In this document: positions 1 through 10,052 of the stretch, piece after piece
Numbering within the stretch: the stretch's first letter is position 1
How the letters are laid out: each line of letters starts with the position of its first letter
From: an uncultured Bacteroidales bacterium
GTDB lineage: Bacteria > Bacteroidota > Bacteroidia > Bacteroidales > Muribaculaceae
Assembly: GCA_902787185.1 (NCBI GenBank)
Contig: CADAFP010000029.1
Span: 691 to 64,690 of the forward strand
Reading direction: 5' to 3'
DNA: 64,000 bases
Notes under the pieces: model-generated
What the model was told of the DNA's origin: nothing
Database searches by the model: none
Seen by the model: only the letters and a program-made list of their open reading frames with translations
Position numbers and translations under genes: made by a program

Positions 1-418
1 CGTCTGCGCGCGAGAAGCCCAGGCTCATGTAGAAGTCAACACGGCTGGCGGGAACGTTCTCACTGAAGACGTTCTCGATGTTGGTGGTGCGCTTCAGGTT
101 CTCGTCGTGGTTGGCCAGGACGATACCGTCCTTGGTGCACTGCACGTCGCTCTCGAGGTAGTCGGCACCCATCTCACGGGCCCAACGCCACGATGCCTCG
201 GTCTCCTCGGGAGCCCAGAAGGTGGAGCCGCGGTGTGCGATAACGGCATACAGGGGCACATAATCACGAACCTTAGCCAGGTCGTCGTTCAGCACCTGAA
301 CCTCGACGCGCTTGGCGTCAAGCTTCTCATTGGTGAACTGCTGTTCTTCCTCACATGAGGTGAAGGTTGCGAGCACAACTGCGCTCAACAAACCTACTCT
401 AACGAGATTTTTAAACAT
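1..418 (-). CDS. glpQ: Glycerophosphodiester phosphodiesterase lipoprotein (5' part; runs off the window edge)
   Basis: Hand translation from ATG at 418: MFKNLVRVGLLSAVVLATFTSC (lipobox-like)...VIAHRGSTFWAPEET...ADYLESDVQCTKDG..LANHD, the GDPD catalytic motifs; directly downstream of glpT. Confidence 0.88.
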   Translation of the reverse strand, partial: MFKNLVRVGLLSAVVLATFTSCEEEQQFTNEKLDAKRVEVQVLNDDLAKVRDYVPLYAVIAHRGSTFWAPEETEASWRWAREMGADYLESDVQCTKDGIVLANHDENLKRTTNIENVFSENVPASRVDFYMSLGFSRAD

Positions 419-458
419 AAGTGTAAATGATTTAATGAATAATTATTGTGATAATTGA

Positions 459-1889
459 TTATTTCTTATCCTCGATGTGCTCGCCCTTGCGGTCGGCAAC
501 CAGATACTGCTCCTCCTTGTAGGTCAGGGCCATGAAGAAGATGGCCAGCACACAGGCTCCGATGAGCAAGAGGAAATAATTGGTGAAGTTATAGCCGGCG
601 GCACTCTTGGCCATCTTGAGCACGTAGCCCAGAACGGTGTTGGCCAGGATGCTGGTACCCAGCACATAGCCCATGAAGCCAGTCAGTCCGGCAGCGGTGC
701 CCGCTGCATTCTTCGGTGCCAGGTCAAGAGCCTGTACGCCAATGAGCATGACGGGGCCGTAAATCAGGAAACCGATGGCAATCAGACAGCCGACAACCAC
801 CCAGAAGTCGTTGATGAACTGCCAATAGACAACAATCACGGCAATGATGATGGCCATGAATAGCATCGTGGGCATCGCGCGGCGGCCCTTGAAGACCTTG
901 TCGCTCAGCCAGCCGCAGAAGATGGTGCCGGGGATGGCGGCAAACTCAAACGCGAAGTAGGCCCATCCGGCGCTCTTGAGGTCGGCACCCTGGGTGTCGA
1001 GAATCTTGGGAGCCCAGTCCAGGCAACCGTAGCGCACCATATAGATAAAGGAGTTGGCCAGGGCAATGTACCACAGGAACTTGTTGGACAACACGGTGCG
1101 GAAGATTTCCTTAACCGAGAGCGACTGCTCGCTCTTCTTCTCGTCATAGTTCTTGGAGGCAGAGCCGCTCCACTTCTCAATCGAGGGCAGGCCGCAGGAC
1201 TGAGGCGTGTCACGAATCAGCACGTAGGCGATGATGGCAATCAGGATGGCCACAGCGGCGGGGAAGGCATAGGTGCCGATCAGGAAGTAGAGATCCTTGT
1301 TCTCGCCGAAGAACCAGTGACCGAACCACAGCGCGCCATAACCGGCCATGGGGCCGACGAGGGCGCCACCCACGTTGTGGGCGCAGTTCCACACGCTCAT
1401 CCATGTGCCGCGTTCCTTGATAGAGAACCAGCGCGTCATCACGCGTCCGCACGGAGGCCAGCCCATACCTTGGAACCAGCCCACAAGGAAGTTGAACACA
1501 CCCATCAGGGTGATAGCCAATCCCTTGTTCTCGGGGCCGATGGCCACAACGGGCACAATCATGAACAACATGGCGATGGCCGACAGGATCAAGCCCAAAG
1601 GCAAGAAGCGGCGCGCATTGCTGCGGTCGCTCACGCTGGCCATGACAAACTTGGAGATACCGTAGGCCAAGGCATTCATTGCCATGGCGCCACCGAGTTC
1701 GGCCTCGTTAAATCCGAGCTCGCCCAGAGGCGCAACCGCCATTGAGAGGTTCTTTCTCACCAGGTAGAAGCCGGCATAGCCGATGAAGATGCCGACAAAG
1801 ACCTGCCAACGCAGTCTCTTGTAGCGGGCATCGGCTTCGGGGCCGGTCTGTTCCGGCTTATAGGCCGGAGGTGCTAAAAAACTTGCCAT
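459..1889 (-). CDS. glpT: Glycerol-3-phosphate:Pi antiporter (MFS, OPA family)
   Basis: YKRLRWQVFVGIFIGYAGFYLVRKN, QGMGWPPCGR, WNCAHNVGG, YGPVMLIG..ALDLAPK motifs; glp operon context. Confidence 0.95.
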   Translation of the reverse strand: MASFLAPPAYKPEQTGPEADARYKRLRWQVFVGIFIGYAGFYLVRKNLSMAVAPLGELGFNEAELGGAMAMNALAYGISKFVMASVSDRSNARRFLPLGLILSAIAMLFMIVPVVAIGPENKGLAITLMGVFNFLVGWFQGMGWPPCGRVMTRWFSIKERGTWMSVWNCAHNVGGALVGPMAGYGALWFGHWFFGENKDLYFLIGTYAFPAAVAILIAIIAYVLIRDTPQSCGLPSIEKWSGSASKNYDEKKSEQSLSVKEIFRTVLSNKFLWYIALANSFIYMVRYGCLDWAPKILDTQGADLKSAGWAYFAFEFAAIPGTIFCGWLSDKVFKGRRAMPTMLFMAIIIAVIVVYWQFINDFWVVVGCLIAIGFLIYGPVMLIGVQALDLAPKNAAGTAAGLTGFMGYVLGTSILANTVLGYVLKMAKSAAGYNFTNYFLLLIGACVLAIFFMALTYKEEQYLVADRKGEHIEDKK

Positions 1890-1956
1890 AATTACTTTAA
1901 GTTTTAATTTTTAAATTATTGATTGATAGTTAAATATTGTAATAGTCAAGTTATCA

Positions 1957-3222
1957 CTAATCACTAATCAAATTAGCCTTACGTGTGGCCTCCACGTCGA
2001 GGGCATCGGCCAGGACGCTGATGGGATTCTCGACGGGCAGTCCGGTGGACATCTCAATCTGCCACTTGCAGGTCTCGCAGTCGGTGGTGACGGCTTCGAC
2101 CTGAGCCTCCTCGATGCTCTTGAACAGGATGGAACCGATGGCCTGTGAGCGCTCGTAGTTCTCCTTTTTAAAGCCATAGGTGCCCGAGATGCCGCAGCAC
2201 TCCTGTTCCAGTTCCACCAGGTCGAGACCTGGAATCATGCGCAACAGTTCAATGCTGTACAGTTGCCAGCCCATGCGCTGCATGTGACAAGCGGTGTGAT
2301 AGGCCAGACGGCGCTTATAGTTTTGCTTGAAGATGAGTTTGATTTTCTCTTCATCCACAAGTCGGTAGATAAATCTTGTGGCGAGGCTGATGCTGTCGCG
2401 CACGTCCGCGTTGTCGATGCCGAGCATCGAAGGATACTCGTCGCGCATGTTGAACGTGCAACTCGAGCTGGTGGTGATCACCTCGCGCTTGTCGCGGCTC
2501 ACCGACGCACGTATGCTGTCGATATTGACGCGGCCCTGGCGCTTGGCCTGCTTGTACAGTCCGTTGGCGATGAGCGCCACGCCGCAGCACTGCTCCTTGT
2601 CAAGCAGGTGCACGCCGTAGCCCACAGCATTCATCAGCTTGACCAGGTCCTGACCTAATTTGGGAAAATTGTAATTGACATAGCAGCCGTGGAAGTAGCT
2701 CACATGGTTGGGGAAGGCGTCTTGGTCCTTAGCTGCGTGGCGCTTGAACCATGTGGTGAACTTCTGACGGCTGTAGGCGGGGAAGGTGCGGTGCTTGTCG
2801 ATGGCCATCATGCTGTGCATCACCCACTTGGTGGGCTTGAGGCCCAAGGTGGTGTTGGCGACGGGAGCCACAAGGTTGGCCATGGTGCCCAGCAGGTCGG
2901 TGTTGGCGAGCAGCGTGTCGCGCAGGGTGGCGCGGCGGCCTTCGCTGGCGCTCATGCGGGCGTGTTGGATGATGTCGGCAATGTGGACGCCGCTGGGGCA
3001 AGCGATTTCGCAACGCTTGCAGTTCAGGCACAGCTTCAGCGCCTTGTCATAGTAGGCGGGATCCTTCAAGCGGTAACGTTCGCCGTCGGGGCCGGCCTGT
3101 TTGGGGCCAGGGTAGTCGGTCGTTACGGCGGCTACGGGGCACACGGTGGTACAGATGCTGCACTTGGTGCACTGCTCAAAGTTGTTCTCGCTGAGGTTGC
3201 AGATTTGCATTCGTTCAGCCAT
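1957..3222 (-). CDS. glpC: Anaerobic glycerol-3-phosphate dehydrogenase subunit C
   Basis: Two CxxCxxCxxxCP ferredoxin motifs, YPGPKQAGPDGERYR, CCG domains. Confidence 0.95.
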   Translation of the reverse strand: MAERMQICNLSENNFEQCTKCSICTTVCPVAAVTTDYPGPKQAGPDGERYRLKDPAYYDKALKLCLNCKRCEIACPSGVHIADIIQHARMSASEGRRATLRDTLLANTDLLGTMANLVAPVANTTLGLKPTKWVMHSMMAIDKHRTFPAYSRQKFTTWFKRHAAKDQDAFPNHVSYFHGCYVNYNFPKLGQDLVKLMNAVGYGVHLLDKEQCCGVALIANGLYKQAKRQGRVNIDSIRASVSRDKREVITTSSSCTFNMRDEYPSMLGIDNADVRDSISLATRFIYRLVDEEKIKLIFKQNYKRRLAYHTACHMQRMGWQLYSIELLRMIPGLDLVELEQECCGISGTYGFKKENYERSQAIGSILFKSIEEAQVEAVTTDCETCKWQIEMSTGLPVENPISVLADALDVEATRKANLISD

Positions 3223-3323
3223 AATATCCCATTAAAAATTTATCAATCAAATCGTTATCTATCGAAGTCTATATCTTTTATTGAAGTTTTCCAACTTCAT
3301 TTGACCGCTTGTTGTCGGGGCGG

Positions 3324-4568
3324 TCAGCCCTTGATGATGTGGTCGTTTACCGCAAGTGCTGTCAACATCGACACGCCGGTGCCGTCGCCCATTTTCACGG
3401 CGTCGTGTCCGCTCAGGACCGAGCCGATGGCATGGAGGTTCTCGATGACTTGGCCCTGCTTGAGGCAGCGCAGCTCGCCGTCGGTGGCGACGCCAAAGCG
3501 CGAGTAGGCCTGCGGCTCCAGTATCCCGAAGCGGGTCCAGCGGTCAGGATCGCTGTCGGCATCCACGTCCACGCCCAGCACGGGTTCATAGACGCGCTCA
3601 TAGTCGGCAACCAGGCCGCGGCTGATAAACGAACCGGTAGCGAGCACAAAGTGGTCGGCTTTCAGCGGCATGTCGGCGAGTTTGGCGGTGCTGACGCTGG
3701 TCAGGCGGTTTCCGTCAAAGGTGCCGCTCACGGCGCTGTCACCCATCAGATAGGTGCCGCCCAGCATCTTGAAGTAATGGCGCAGCTGCTTCATCATCCT
3801 CATGCCTGCCACGGCGGGCGGCAGCGTGGCGACGAGGCGCAAGGGCTTGTGCGTCATCGCTTGCAGCGTCTGGAAGTCGCTGTCGTCGTTCTGTCCCAGC
3901 ACGCTGGGCAGCAGCACGAGGTCGGCGTCGGTGGCCAGCTGGTTGATTTGGTCGGCCATACGTTGCATGGCGGCATTGCTCATCATGCGCTTGCTCAGGC
4001 TGGTGGAGCGCATCTCACTGGGGCTGCGGCGCAGGGCGGTGATGTCGTCGGTGGTGAACTCGATGGCATCGACCTCAAAGCCCAGGTCGCGCAGGCCCTG
4101 TGCCAACATCGAGTTGGGCTCGTCAAAGAAGCCGCGGATGCACATCAGCGCCAATCGCTTGGCGGGCAGGTGGTGCAGGTCGTCGATGCGCAGGTGGTCG
4201 TTCAGCGTGAGCCACGCGGGCTTGGCGACGCCCATCGGGGTGATGCGCCAGTGGTTGGCGGCGGCATTGCCTTCCATGTTGATGCCGGAGTCGGTGAGCA
4301 GCAGCTTGGCACGCTCGGCAAGCGAGGCGATGCGGTCGGCGCCGATTTTGCTGTACGGGTGGTCCTGGGGCAGGGTAGCGATGGCTTCCAGCGGGTTGCT
4401 GACGGCCTTGCCGTCGATATGGCCCAGCAGTTCCATCGAGCCGCCGTTGAACAGCATGGTGCTTTGTCCGCTGGCGACGATGGCGACACGTTTGCCGCGC
4501 TTGGCCAGCGCGATGCCGCAAGAGAGGCCGCTCAGGCCTCCGCCCATGATGACGGTGTCCATTCTCAT
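3324..4568 (-). CDS. glpB: Anaerobic glycerol-3-phosphate dehydrogenase subunit B
   Basis: GGGLSGL dinucleotide-binding motif, TLPP..GMR, VLATGSF, G.GTGV C-terminal motif; overlaps glpA stop. Confidence 0.93.
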   Translation of the reverse strand: MRMDTVIMGGGLSGLSCGIALAKRGKRVAIVASGQSTMLFNGGSMELLGHIDGKAVSNPLEAIATLPQDHPYSKIGADRIASLAERAKLLLTDSGINMEGNAAANHWRITPMGVAKPAWLTLNDHLRIDDLHHLPAKRLALMCIRGFFDEPNSMLAQGLRDLGFEVDAIEFTTDDITALRRSPSEMRSTSLSKRMMSNAAMQRMADQINQLATDADLVLLPSVLGQNDDSDFQTLQAMTHKPLRLVATLPPAVAGMRMMKQLRHYFKMLGGTYLMGDSAVSGTFDGNRLTSVSTAKLADMPLKADHFVLATGSFISRGLVADYERVYEPVLGVDVDADSDPDRWTRFGILEPQAYSRFGVATDGELRCLKQGQVIENLHAIGSVLSGHDAVKMGDGTGVSMLTALAVNDHIIKG

Positions 4569-6208
4569 TGCACGTCCTCCTTTCCTTCGATGTTTACTGC
4601 CATGTCAAGTCCGCACAGGCCTTCGTAGATGGCTGCGGTCAGCTGTGCCTCACGCAGGGTGTCGCCCCATGCCACGGGCCGCATTCCCTTCCAGCGCTCG
4701 TCGAGGAAGGCAGCCAGATCTTCCTGGGCGCCCTTCACGTCGTGCCTGAACTCGCCTATGAGCGACGCGGCGCGGCACGAGCATAGTTTGCCCTGGCAAG
4801 TACCCATGCCCACGCGGGTGCGGCGGCGCAGGTTCACCAGGTTGTGCACGTGCAGCTGATGTACGGCATATTTGATTTCGCCCACGGTGACGCCTTCACA
4901 CTCGCACACCAGGGCATTGTCGATATCGTTGTCTTTCTCGATGCGTGCGGCAAGCGAGCCATGACGGCCGATGGCGGCACGCTGGCCGAAGCTGTAACGC
5001 TTGGTGGCGTCATGCTGGTCGGGCGCGTCCTCTTCCGAGCCAGGCAGCGGCTGGGTGGCGGTGACGCAGGGGGCGATGTTGCCCAACTTGGCACATACGG
5101 CGTTGGTGGCAATCTCGCCCATCAGACGGTAGGTCATCATCTTGCCGCCGGTGATGGTGATCATGCCCTCCAGGCCATCGCGCTTGGCGTGGTCCAGGCA
5201 CACAATGCCGCGGCTGATGCTGCGGCCGCTGGGGTCGTCGTCGCTGGCCACCAGGGGACGCACGCCGGCATAGGCGCGGATTATCCTTGTCGTGGCAAGC
5301 GACGGGGCGATTTTCACACCCTCCTTGAGCAGGACGTCCACCTCCTCGCGTGTCACGCGCATGTCATCAACGGACTCGATGGGGATGCGGTCGCTGGTGG
5401 TGCCAATCACGCACACCGTGTCGTCGGGGACGAGGATGTCGGCGTTGGCGGGCTTGCGGCAACGGTTGATGACCATGTTGTTCACGCGGTGCCCAAAAAT
5501 GAGCAATGCCCCACGGGCAGGGAACATCGAGATGTTTACCCCAGCCAGTTGGGCAATGCGCTGGCCCCAGATGCCGGCGGCGTTGACCACGACGCGGCCA
5601 CGCACCTCGGCATGCTCGCCGCTGAGCTTGTTGAACAGCTTCACGCCCTCAACACGGCCCTGGTTGATGATCAGGCCCTCCACCTCGTGGTAGTTGAGCG
5701 TGTCGGCGCCATGCATGCGGGCGTCGAGCAGGTTGGCAACGGTGAGGCGGAACGGGTCGATGGCGGCGTCGGGCACACGCACGGCGCCGATGAGGGCGGG
5801 ATTGACGGCGGGCTCGATGCGGCGCGCCTCCTCGGGGTCGATGATGTCGGCACGGATGCCAGCGCGCTGGCACGCCTCGACAAAGGTCTGCTGATACTGC
5901 AGGTCGTCCTCGGGCAGGGTGATGAACAGGCCGTCGGTCTCCTCAACGCAGTGGCGGGCGATGCGCCTCAATATCATGTTCTCGCTGATGCACTCGCTGG
6001 CACTCTCGCCGTCGGTGACGGCATAGCGCGCGCCGCTGTGCATCAGGCCGTGGTTGCGGCCCGTGGCGCCCGTGCTGTAGTCGTTGCGTTCCACCAGCAG
6101 CACCTTCAAGCCGCGCAGGGCGCAATCCCTCGCGGTGCCGGCACCCGTAGCGCCGCCGCCCACGATGATCACGTCATATTCTTTTTTGTAAATCTCGCTT
6201 GTTACCAT
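4565..6208 (-). CDS. glpA: Anaerobic glycerol-3-phosphate dehydrogenase subunit A
   Basis: GGGATGAG, GATGRNHGLMHSGARY, C-terminal CECE...RTRVGMGTCQG [2Fe-2S] motif. Confidence 0.96.
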   Translation of the reverse strand: MVTSEIYKKEYDVIIVGGGATGAGTARDCALRGLKVLLVERNDYSTGATGRNHGLMHSGARYAVTDGESASECISENMILRRIARHCVEETDGLFITLPEDDLQYQQTFVEACQRAGIRADIIDPEEARRIEPAVNPALIGAVRVPDAAIDPFRLTVANLLDARMHGADTLNYHEVEGLIINQGRVEGVKLFNKLSGEHAEVRGRVVVNAAGIWGQRIAQLAGVNISMFPARGALLIFGHRVNNMVINRCRKPANADILVPDDTVCVIGTTSDRIPIESVDDMRVTREEVDVLLKEGVKIAPSLATTRIIRAYAGVRPLVASDDDPSGRSISRGIVCLDHAKRDGLEGMITITGGKMMTYRLMGEIATNAVCAKLGNIAPCVTATQPLPGSEEDAPDQHDATKRYSFGQRAAIGRHGSLAARIEKDNDIDNALVCECEGVTVGEIKYAVHQLHVHNLVNLRRRTRVGMGTCQGKLCSCRAASLIGEFRHDVKGAQEDLAAFLDERWKGMRPVAWGDTLREAQLTAAIYEGLCGLDMAVNIEGKEDVQ

Positions 6209-6590
6209 AAACTCTCAATTAAGGTAGCAAAACCAATCACCGGAGTGAATTAGTTTCGCTGCAAAGTTACAATGACTTTTTTGAATAACAAAGGTATTTC
6301 GTATTTATTTTTATACTCAGATTATTTTTCGGTTTGTAAATGGCTGATAAATTTGATGTTAATTGATTCATTCCATTTGATTTTCATTAAAAATAGTAGT
6401 TTCGATTAGTTTTTAATTATGTTTCGTTTTGTTCCAAAATCAAAACCAAATCAAGTGCTTTTAATCCTATTTTGCGTTTCGTTTTGAAAAAAATCGAAAG
6501 ATTTCCATCATTTTTCTTTGCCCGTATTTTTCTTTTACTTACTTTTGCCGCATCAAAACGAAATCATCTACTTAACACCATTTTTTTGCT
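6209..6590. promoter_or_regulatory. Divergent glpA/glpR promoter region
   Basis: AT-rich; Bacteroidetes -7 boxes TAACTTTG (minus, 6262-6269) and TACTTTTG (plus, 6540-6547); repeated GTTTCG words. Confidence 0.6.
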
Positions 6591-7355
6591 ATGACCAAGG
6601 AGGAACGTCACGAAATGATTATGGAGGCGCTGATCAAGCACGGCTCGGTCCAGGTGTCGGACCTGGTGTCGATGCTCAACGTCAGTGCCGTGACGGTGCG
6701 CAAGGACCTCACCGACCTCGAAAAGAGCGACAAGCTGTACCGCAGCCACGGCAAGGCGGTGCTTGTCAACCCTTACATCAACAACCGCTCGGTCAACGAG
6801 AAGGAGCGCCTGGCCACCGACCAGAAGCACGCCATCGGGCGCGAGGCGGCACGCCTCATCAAGCGTGACGACAGCATCGCCATCGCCTCGGGGACGACGG
6901 TTCACGCCCTGGCGCGCAACATCCAGCCGATTCACAAGCTCACGGTCGTGTCTGCGTCACTGGCGGTGAGCAACATCCTTTCCCAGCACGAGAACATCGA
7001 CATCATCCAATTGGGCGGCATGTTGCGGCACAGCAGTCTCTCGGTGGTGGGAGAGTATGCTTCGCGCATTCTCGCGCAGTGTTCTTTCAGTAAATTGTAT
7101 TTGGGTGTTGACGGCATCGACGTGGACTATGGCATCACCACGACCGAGATGCGCGAGGCCACGCTCAACCAGAAGATGATGGCGGCGGCCCAGAAGACCA
7201 TCGTCCTTGCCGACAGCAGCAAGTTCGGGCGGCGCGGCTTCGCCAAGATCGCCGACATCGACGCCGTGGACATCATCATCACCGATGCCGGCATCTCCCC
7301 CAAGCTCGTCAAGCGCATCGAGGACCTGGGCATAGAACTCATCATCGCCCAGTAA
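6591..7355 (+). CDS. DeoR/GlpR-family transcriptional regulator
   Basis: N-terminal HTH VSAVTVRKDLTDLE...RSHG; DeoR C-domain ASGTT, LADSSKFG; divergent from the glp operon. Confidence 0.93.
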   Translation: MTKEERHEMIMEALIKHGSVQVSDLVSMLNVSAVTVRKDLTDLEKSDKLYRSHGKAVLVNPYINNRSVNEKERLATDQKHAIGREAARLIKRDDSIAIASGTTVHALARNIQPIHKLTVVSASLAVSNILSQHENIDIIQLGGMLRHSSLSVVGEYASRILAQCSFSKLYLGVDGIDVDYGITTTEMREATLNQKMMAAAQKTIVLADSSKFGRRGFAKIADIDAVDIIITDAGISPKLVKRIEDLGIELIIAQ

Positions 7356-7361
7356 AAATCT

Positions 7362-7500
7362 CCGTTTTCGCCCCGCTCCGTGGGTTGACACCCACGTCTA
7401 AACCGTTTTCGCCCCGCTCCGTGGGTTGACACCCACGTCTAAACCGTTTTCGCCCCGCTCCGTGGGTTGACACCCACGTCTAAACCGTTTTCGCCCCGCT
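7362..7500. repeat. Three exact tandem 41-bp REP-like units plus a partial copy
   Basis: CCGTTTTCGCCCCGCTCCGTGGGTTGACACCCACGTCTAAA at 7362, 7403, 7444 and partial at 7485; internal hairpin CGTGGGT..ACCCACG. Confidence 0.92.
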
Positions 7501-7623
7501 GGGGCTCTTGATTGCGGGGGGGTAAAAGCCCGTTAGGGCGACATGGTTTAGGCGGGGGTGGAGCGAAGCGCAACCCCCGTATGTGGTATATAATCCATTT
7601 ATAGCCCCATCGGGGCGACACTT

Positions 7624-8070
7624 TCACAAGTATTTTTCATCATACTCAATTCCGTAAGCATTGAGAAATGCTTTGTACTCGTCCATGGCTGTTTGTTGTT
7701 TGTGGTGCACCGCTTGGTTGCGAATGTATTTGACCACCTTGGGCACAACCGATGCACTGACCGAGAACGCTCCATAACCATCTTGCCATGAGAAACTGCT
7801 GTAATAGGGGTTCAACTCTTTAATCCATCGGCTACTGTTGGCCTTAATCGTTTTGACAAAGTCAGATAATGACATTGTCTTGGGTAATGATGTGAGCAGA
7901 TGAACGTGGTCAGGCATGCCGCCGATTTCGATCAGGGCGCCTCCGGTGTTTTTGGCGATGCCTCCAATGTATTTGTGGACGTGGTCAAGGTCGGCAGTGA
8001 GAATTGGGGTTCCCATGCTCTTGATGTGAAACACAATATGAACAATGTTTTTAACGTAGGTGTTTGCCAT
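7624..8070 (-). CDS. tnpA: IS200/IS605-family Y1 HUH transposase (TnpA/RAYT-like)
   Basis: HIVF, GGMPDHVHLL (HUH), IKANSSRWI, WQDGYGAFSVS, YIRNQ catalytic Tyr; start placed at ATG 8070 (MANTY). Confidence 0.9.
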   Translation of the reverse strand: MANTYVKNIVHIVFHIKSMGTPILTADLDHVHKYIGGIAKNTGGALIEIGGMPDHVHLLTSLPKTMSLSDFVKTIKANSSRWIKELNPYYSSFSWQDGYGAFSVSASVVPKVVKYIRNQAVHHKQQTAMDEYKAFLNAYGIEYDEKYL

Positions 8071-8216
8071 TTTGTTATGGTGCTTTGTTTTGATTATATA
8101 CCGTGGGTTTTCACCCACGTTTAAACCGTTGCCGCCCCGATGGGGCTCAAAATTTTTGTTTTGGCTCTATTCCGTGGGTTGGCACCCACGTCTAAACCGT
8201 TGTGGCCCCGATGGGG

Positions 8217-9215
8217 CTATTGGATATGCGAGGCCAGGGCGGCGTTGCTCCAGACGATGAGGTTGCCGGTGAGGGTGTCGGCGGCGATGGTCATCACGCC
8301 GAGGTCACGGCGGCCTTGCATCATGTTTTTCACTTTTTCTTGACCCATCACCATGCATGCTGTTGCCCACGCGTCGGCCGTCATGCAGTCGTTGGCGGTG
8401 ACTGTCACGCTCAGCAGGGTTCCCACCTGGCTGTTACCGGTCTGTGGATCAATGATATGGGATAATTTGTTACCGTTTTCCTCGCGCCACTTGCGGTAGT
8501 TGCCGCTGGTGGCGACCGCCCCGCTGTCGAGGCTCAACGTCAATGCGCTCTCATGCTCGGCGTTACCGCCGTCGTCGGGCATATCGACCGACACCTGCCA
8601 TGCGGTGCCGCGCTTGTTCACACCGCTCGTCATCACCTCGCCGCCAATCTCGACAAGCCAGTTGCTGGCGCCGTTGCGGGTGAGCATCCGCCCGATTTCG
8701 TCACACGCCATTCCCTTGGCTATCGACGAGAAGTCCAGCATGAGCCTCGGGTCCTGTTTGATTAAGGTGTCGCCATGCAGCTGCACCTTGTCCAGTCCCA
8801 CAAAGCACAAGATGCTGTCAAGCTGCGCGCGTGAGGGTAGGGTGCCGCTCTTGTAACCGAAGCCCCAGGCGTTGACCAGCGGCATCACCGTCGGGTCATA
8901 GGCGCCGCCGCTCTCGCGGTGCACCGTGCGTGATGTCTCGAGCAGGCGCCTGATGTAGGCGTCGGTGCGCGAGGTGGCGTTGCCGTTCAGGGCACTCAGC
9001 AGTGACGCCTTGTTATAGGGCGACACACTCATGTCCAGCGTGGATAAGATGTACTGGATGCTGTCGTTCAGGTCACGTGATGCCTCATAGGTGATATGAT
9101 ACTCGGTGGTCCACACCACACCCTCATGAGAGAAGAACCGCTTGCGGTCGCGTGAGCAGAACATCGCAGTCACGGCCACCGCCAGAGCAACCAATATGGC
9201 CGCATACCGTCTCAT
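8217..9215 (-). CDS. apbE: FAD:protein FMN transferase
   Basis: YDPTVMPLVNAWGFG, DFSSIAKG, EIGGE, ATSGNYR, HIIDP, ADAWATA; start placed at MRRYAAIL. Confidence 0.92.
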   Translation of the reverse strand: MRRYAAILVALAVAVTAMFCSRDRKRFFSHEGVVWTTEYHITYEASRDLNDSIQYILSTLDMSVSPYNKASLLSALNGNATSRTDAYIRRLLETSRTVHRESGGAYDPTVMPLVNAWGFGYKSGTLPSRAQLDSILCFVGLDKVQLHGDTLIKQDPRLMLDFSSIAKGMACDEIGRMLTRNGASNWLVEIGGEVMTSGVNKRGTAWQVSVDMPDDGGNAEHESALTLSLDSGAVATSGNYRKWREENGNKLSHIIDPQTGNSQVGTLLSVTVTANDCMTADAWATACMVMGQEKVKNMMQGRRDLGVMTIAADTLTGNLIVWSNAALASHIQ

Positions 9216-9274
9216 ATCCCTTACCACGTCGTTAAGGTCTCTAAGGCCCTTAAGGTCTTTAAGGACTCTGTGTT

Positions 9275-9904
9275 TTATTTCATGAACCAGGTGACGTTGA
9301 CATACCACGTGCGGTTCTTGGCCACGTTGTCGTCAAGCAACTTGGTGTGGAACGACTGTCCAATCGAGAAGTTGTAGCCGCCGCGTATCTGCAGGCGCTT
9401 CATCAGCTCGCACCCCAGACCCATGTCCATGTACACGCTCACTGGGGAATAGTCGTTCAAGTCGCCGTGGTTGCCGTGGAGCGCAAATGAGAACTGCGGG
9501 CCGACGTACACCAGCGGCATGAACGTGTCCTCGACGCCGTTGAGGCGGGACGCCTTGAACTTGAGGTGCAGCGGCACGTCGAGATAGTGCATCGACACCG
9601 TCTCGCGGCCTGCGCCTATCGATGACCATGCCGTGCGGCTGCCGTAGTCCAGCTTGCCCTGCTTGAGGGTGTAGAGCAAACCGCCGTCCACGCCAAATCC
9701 AACGCCGCCAAAGTTCATCTCGCTGGTGAGACCCACCTGGGGGCCGCACATGGTCGACGAGGGCATGATGTCATTCTGCTTGAAGTGTATGTTGTTGATG
9801 TTCAAGCCGGCGGTGACGCCCCAGCGCGAGGTCGTCTGGGCGCTCATGGCAGCGCAATACACCGTCATTGCCACCAGCAGCAGGGTTATCTTGTTCAGTT
9901 TCAT
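9275..9904 (-). CDS. Outer-membrane beta-barrel (porin/PorT-like) protein
   Basis: Signal peptide, WGVTAGLN, YLDVPLHLKFK, YVGPQFSF, aromatic C-terminus. Confidence 0.8.
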   Translation of the reverse strand: MKLNKITLLLVAMTVYCAAMSAQTTSRWGVTAGLNINNIHFKQNDIMPSSTMCGPQVGLTSEMNFGGVGFGVDGGLLYTLKQGKLDYGSRTAWSSIGAGRETVSMHYLDVPLHLKFKASRLNGVEDTFMPLVYVGPQFSFALHGNHGDLNDYSPVSVYMDMGLGCELMKRLQIRGGYNFSIGQSFHTKLLDDNVAKNRTWYVNVTWFMK

Positions 9905-10052
9905 GTGGTCAGTCTTTTCCTTTAATTAATAATGGCTGCAAAATTACAAAAAAATCTGTTGATTCAAACTACTAATCTGTCGATTTCAACCAATCATTCT
10001 ATTTAAAAAAATGTGAACTGTGAGCCATTGGTGGCCTCATCCAATCCATGTG

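Larger units (their letters stand above)
7362..8218. mobile_element. IS200/IS605-like or RAYT/REP element: tnpA flanked by related palindromic repeats
   Basis: Related hairpin units on both sides of tnpA (7362-7620; 8101-8148; 8172-8218); tnpA is AT-richer than its neighbours; no tnpB. Confidence 0.7.

Noticed and set aside
3309-6253. Long plus-strand ORFs (439 and 469 aa), and similar ones at 15945-17813, 48521-49708, 52239-53519 and 53791-55137
   Set aside because: Antisense shadows of well-supported GC-rich genes, with no recognisable motifs
7362-7500. Possible CRISPR array
   Set aside because: Units are contiguous identical 41-mers with no unique spacers, no cas genes are present, and they match the REP-like units flanking tnpA
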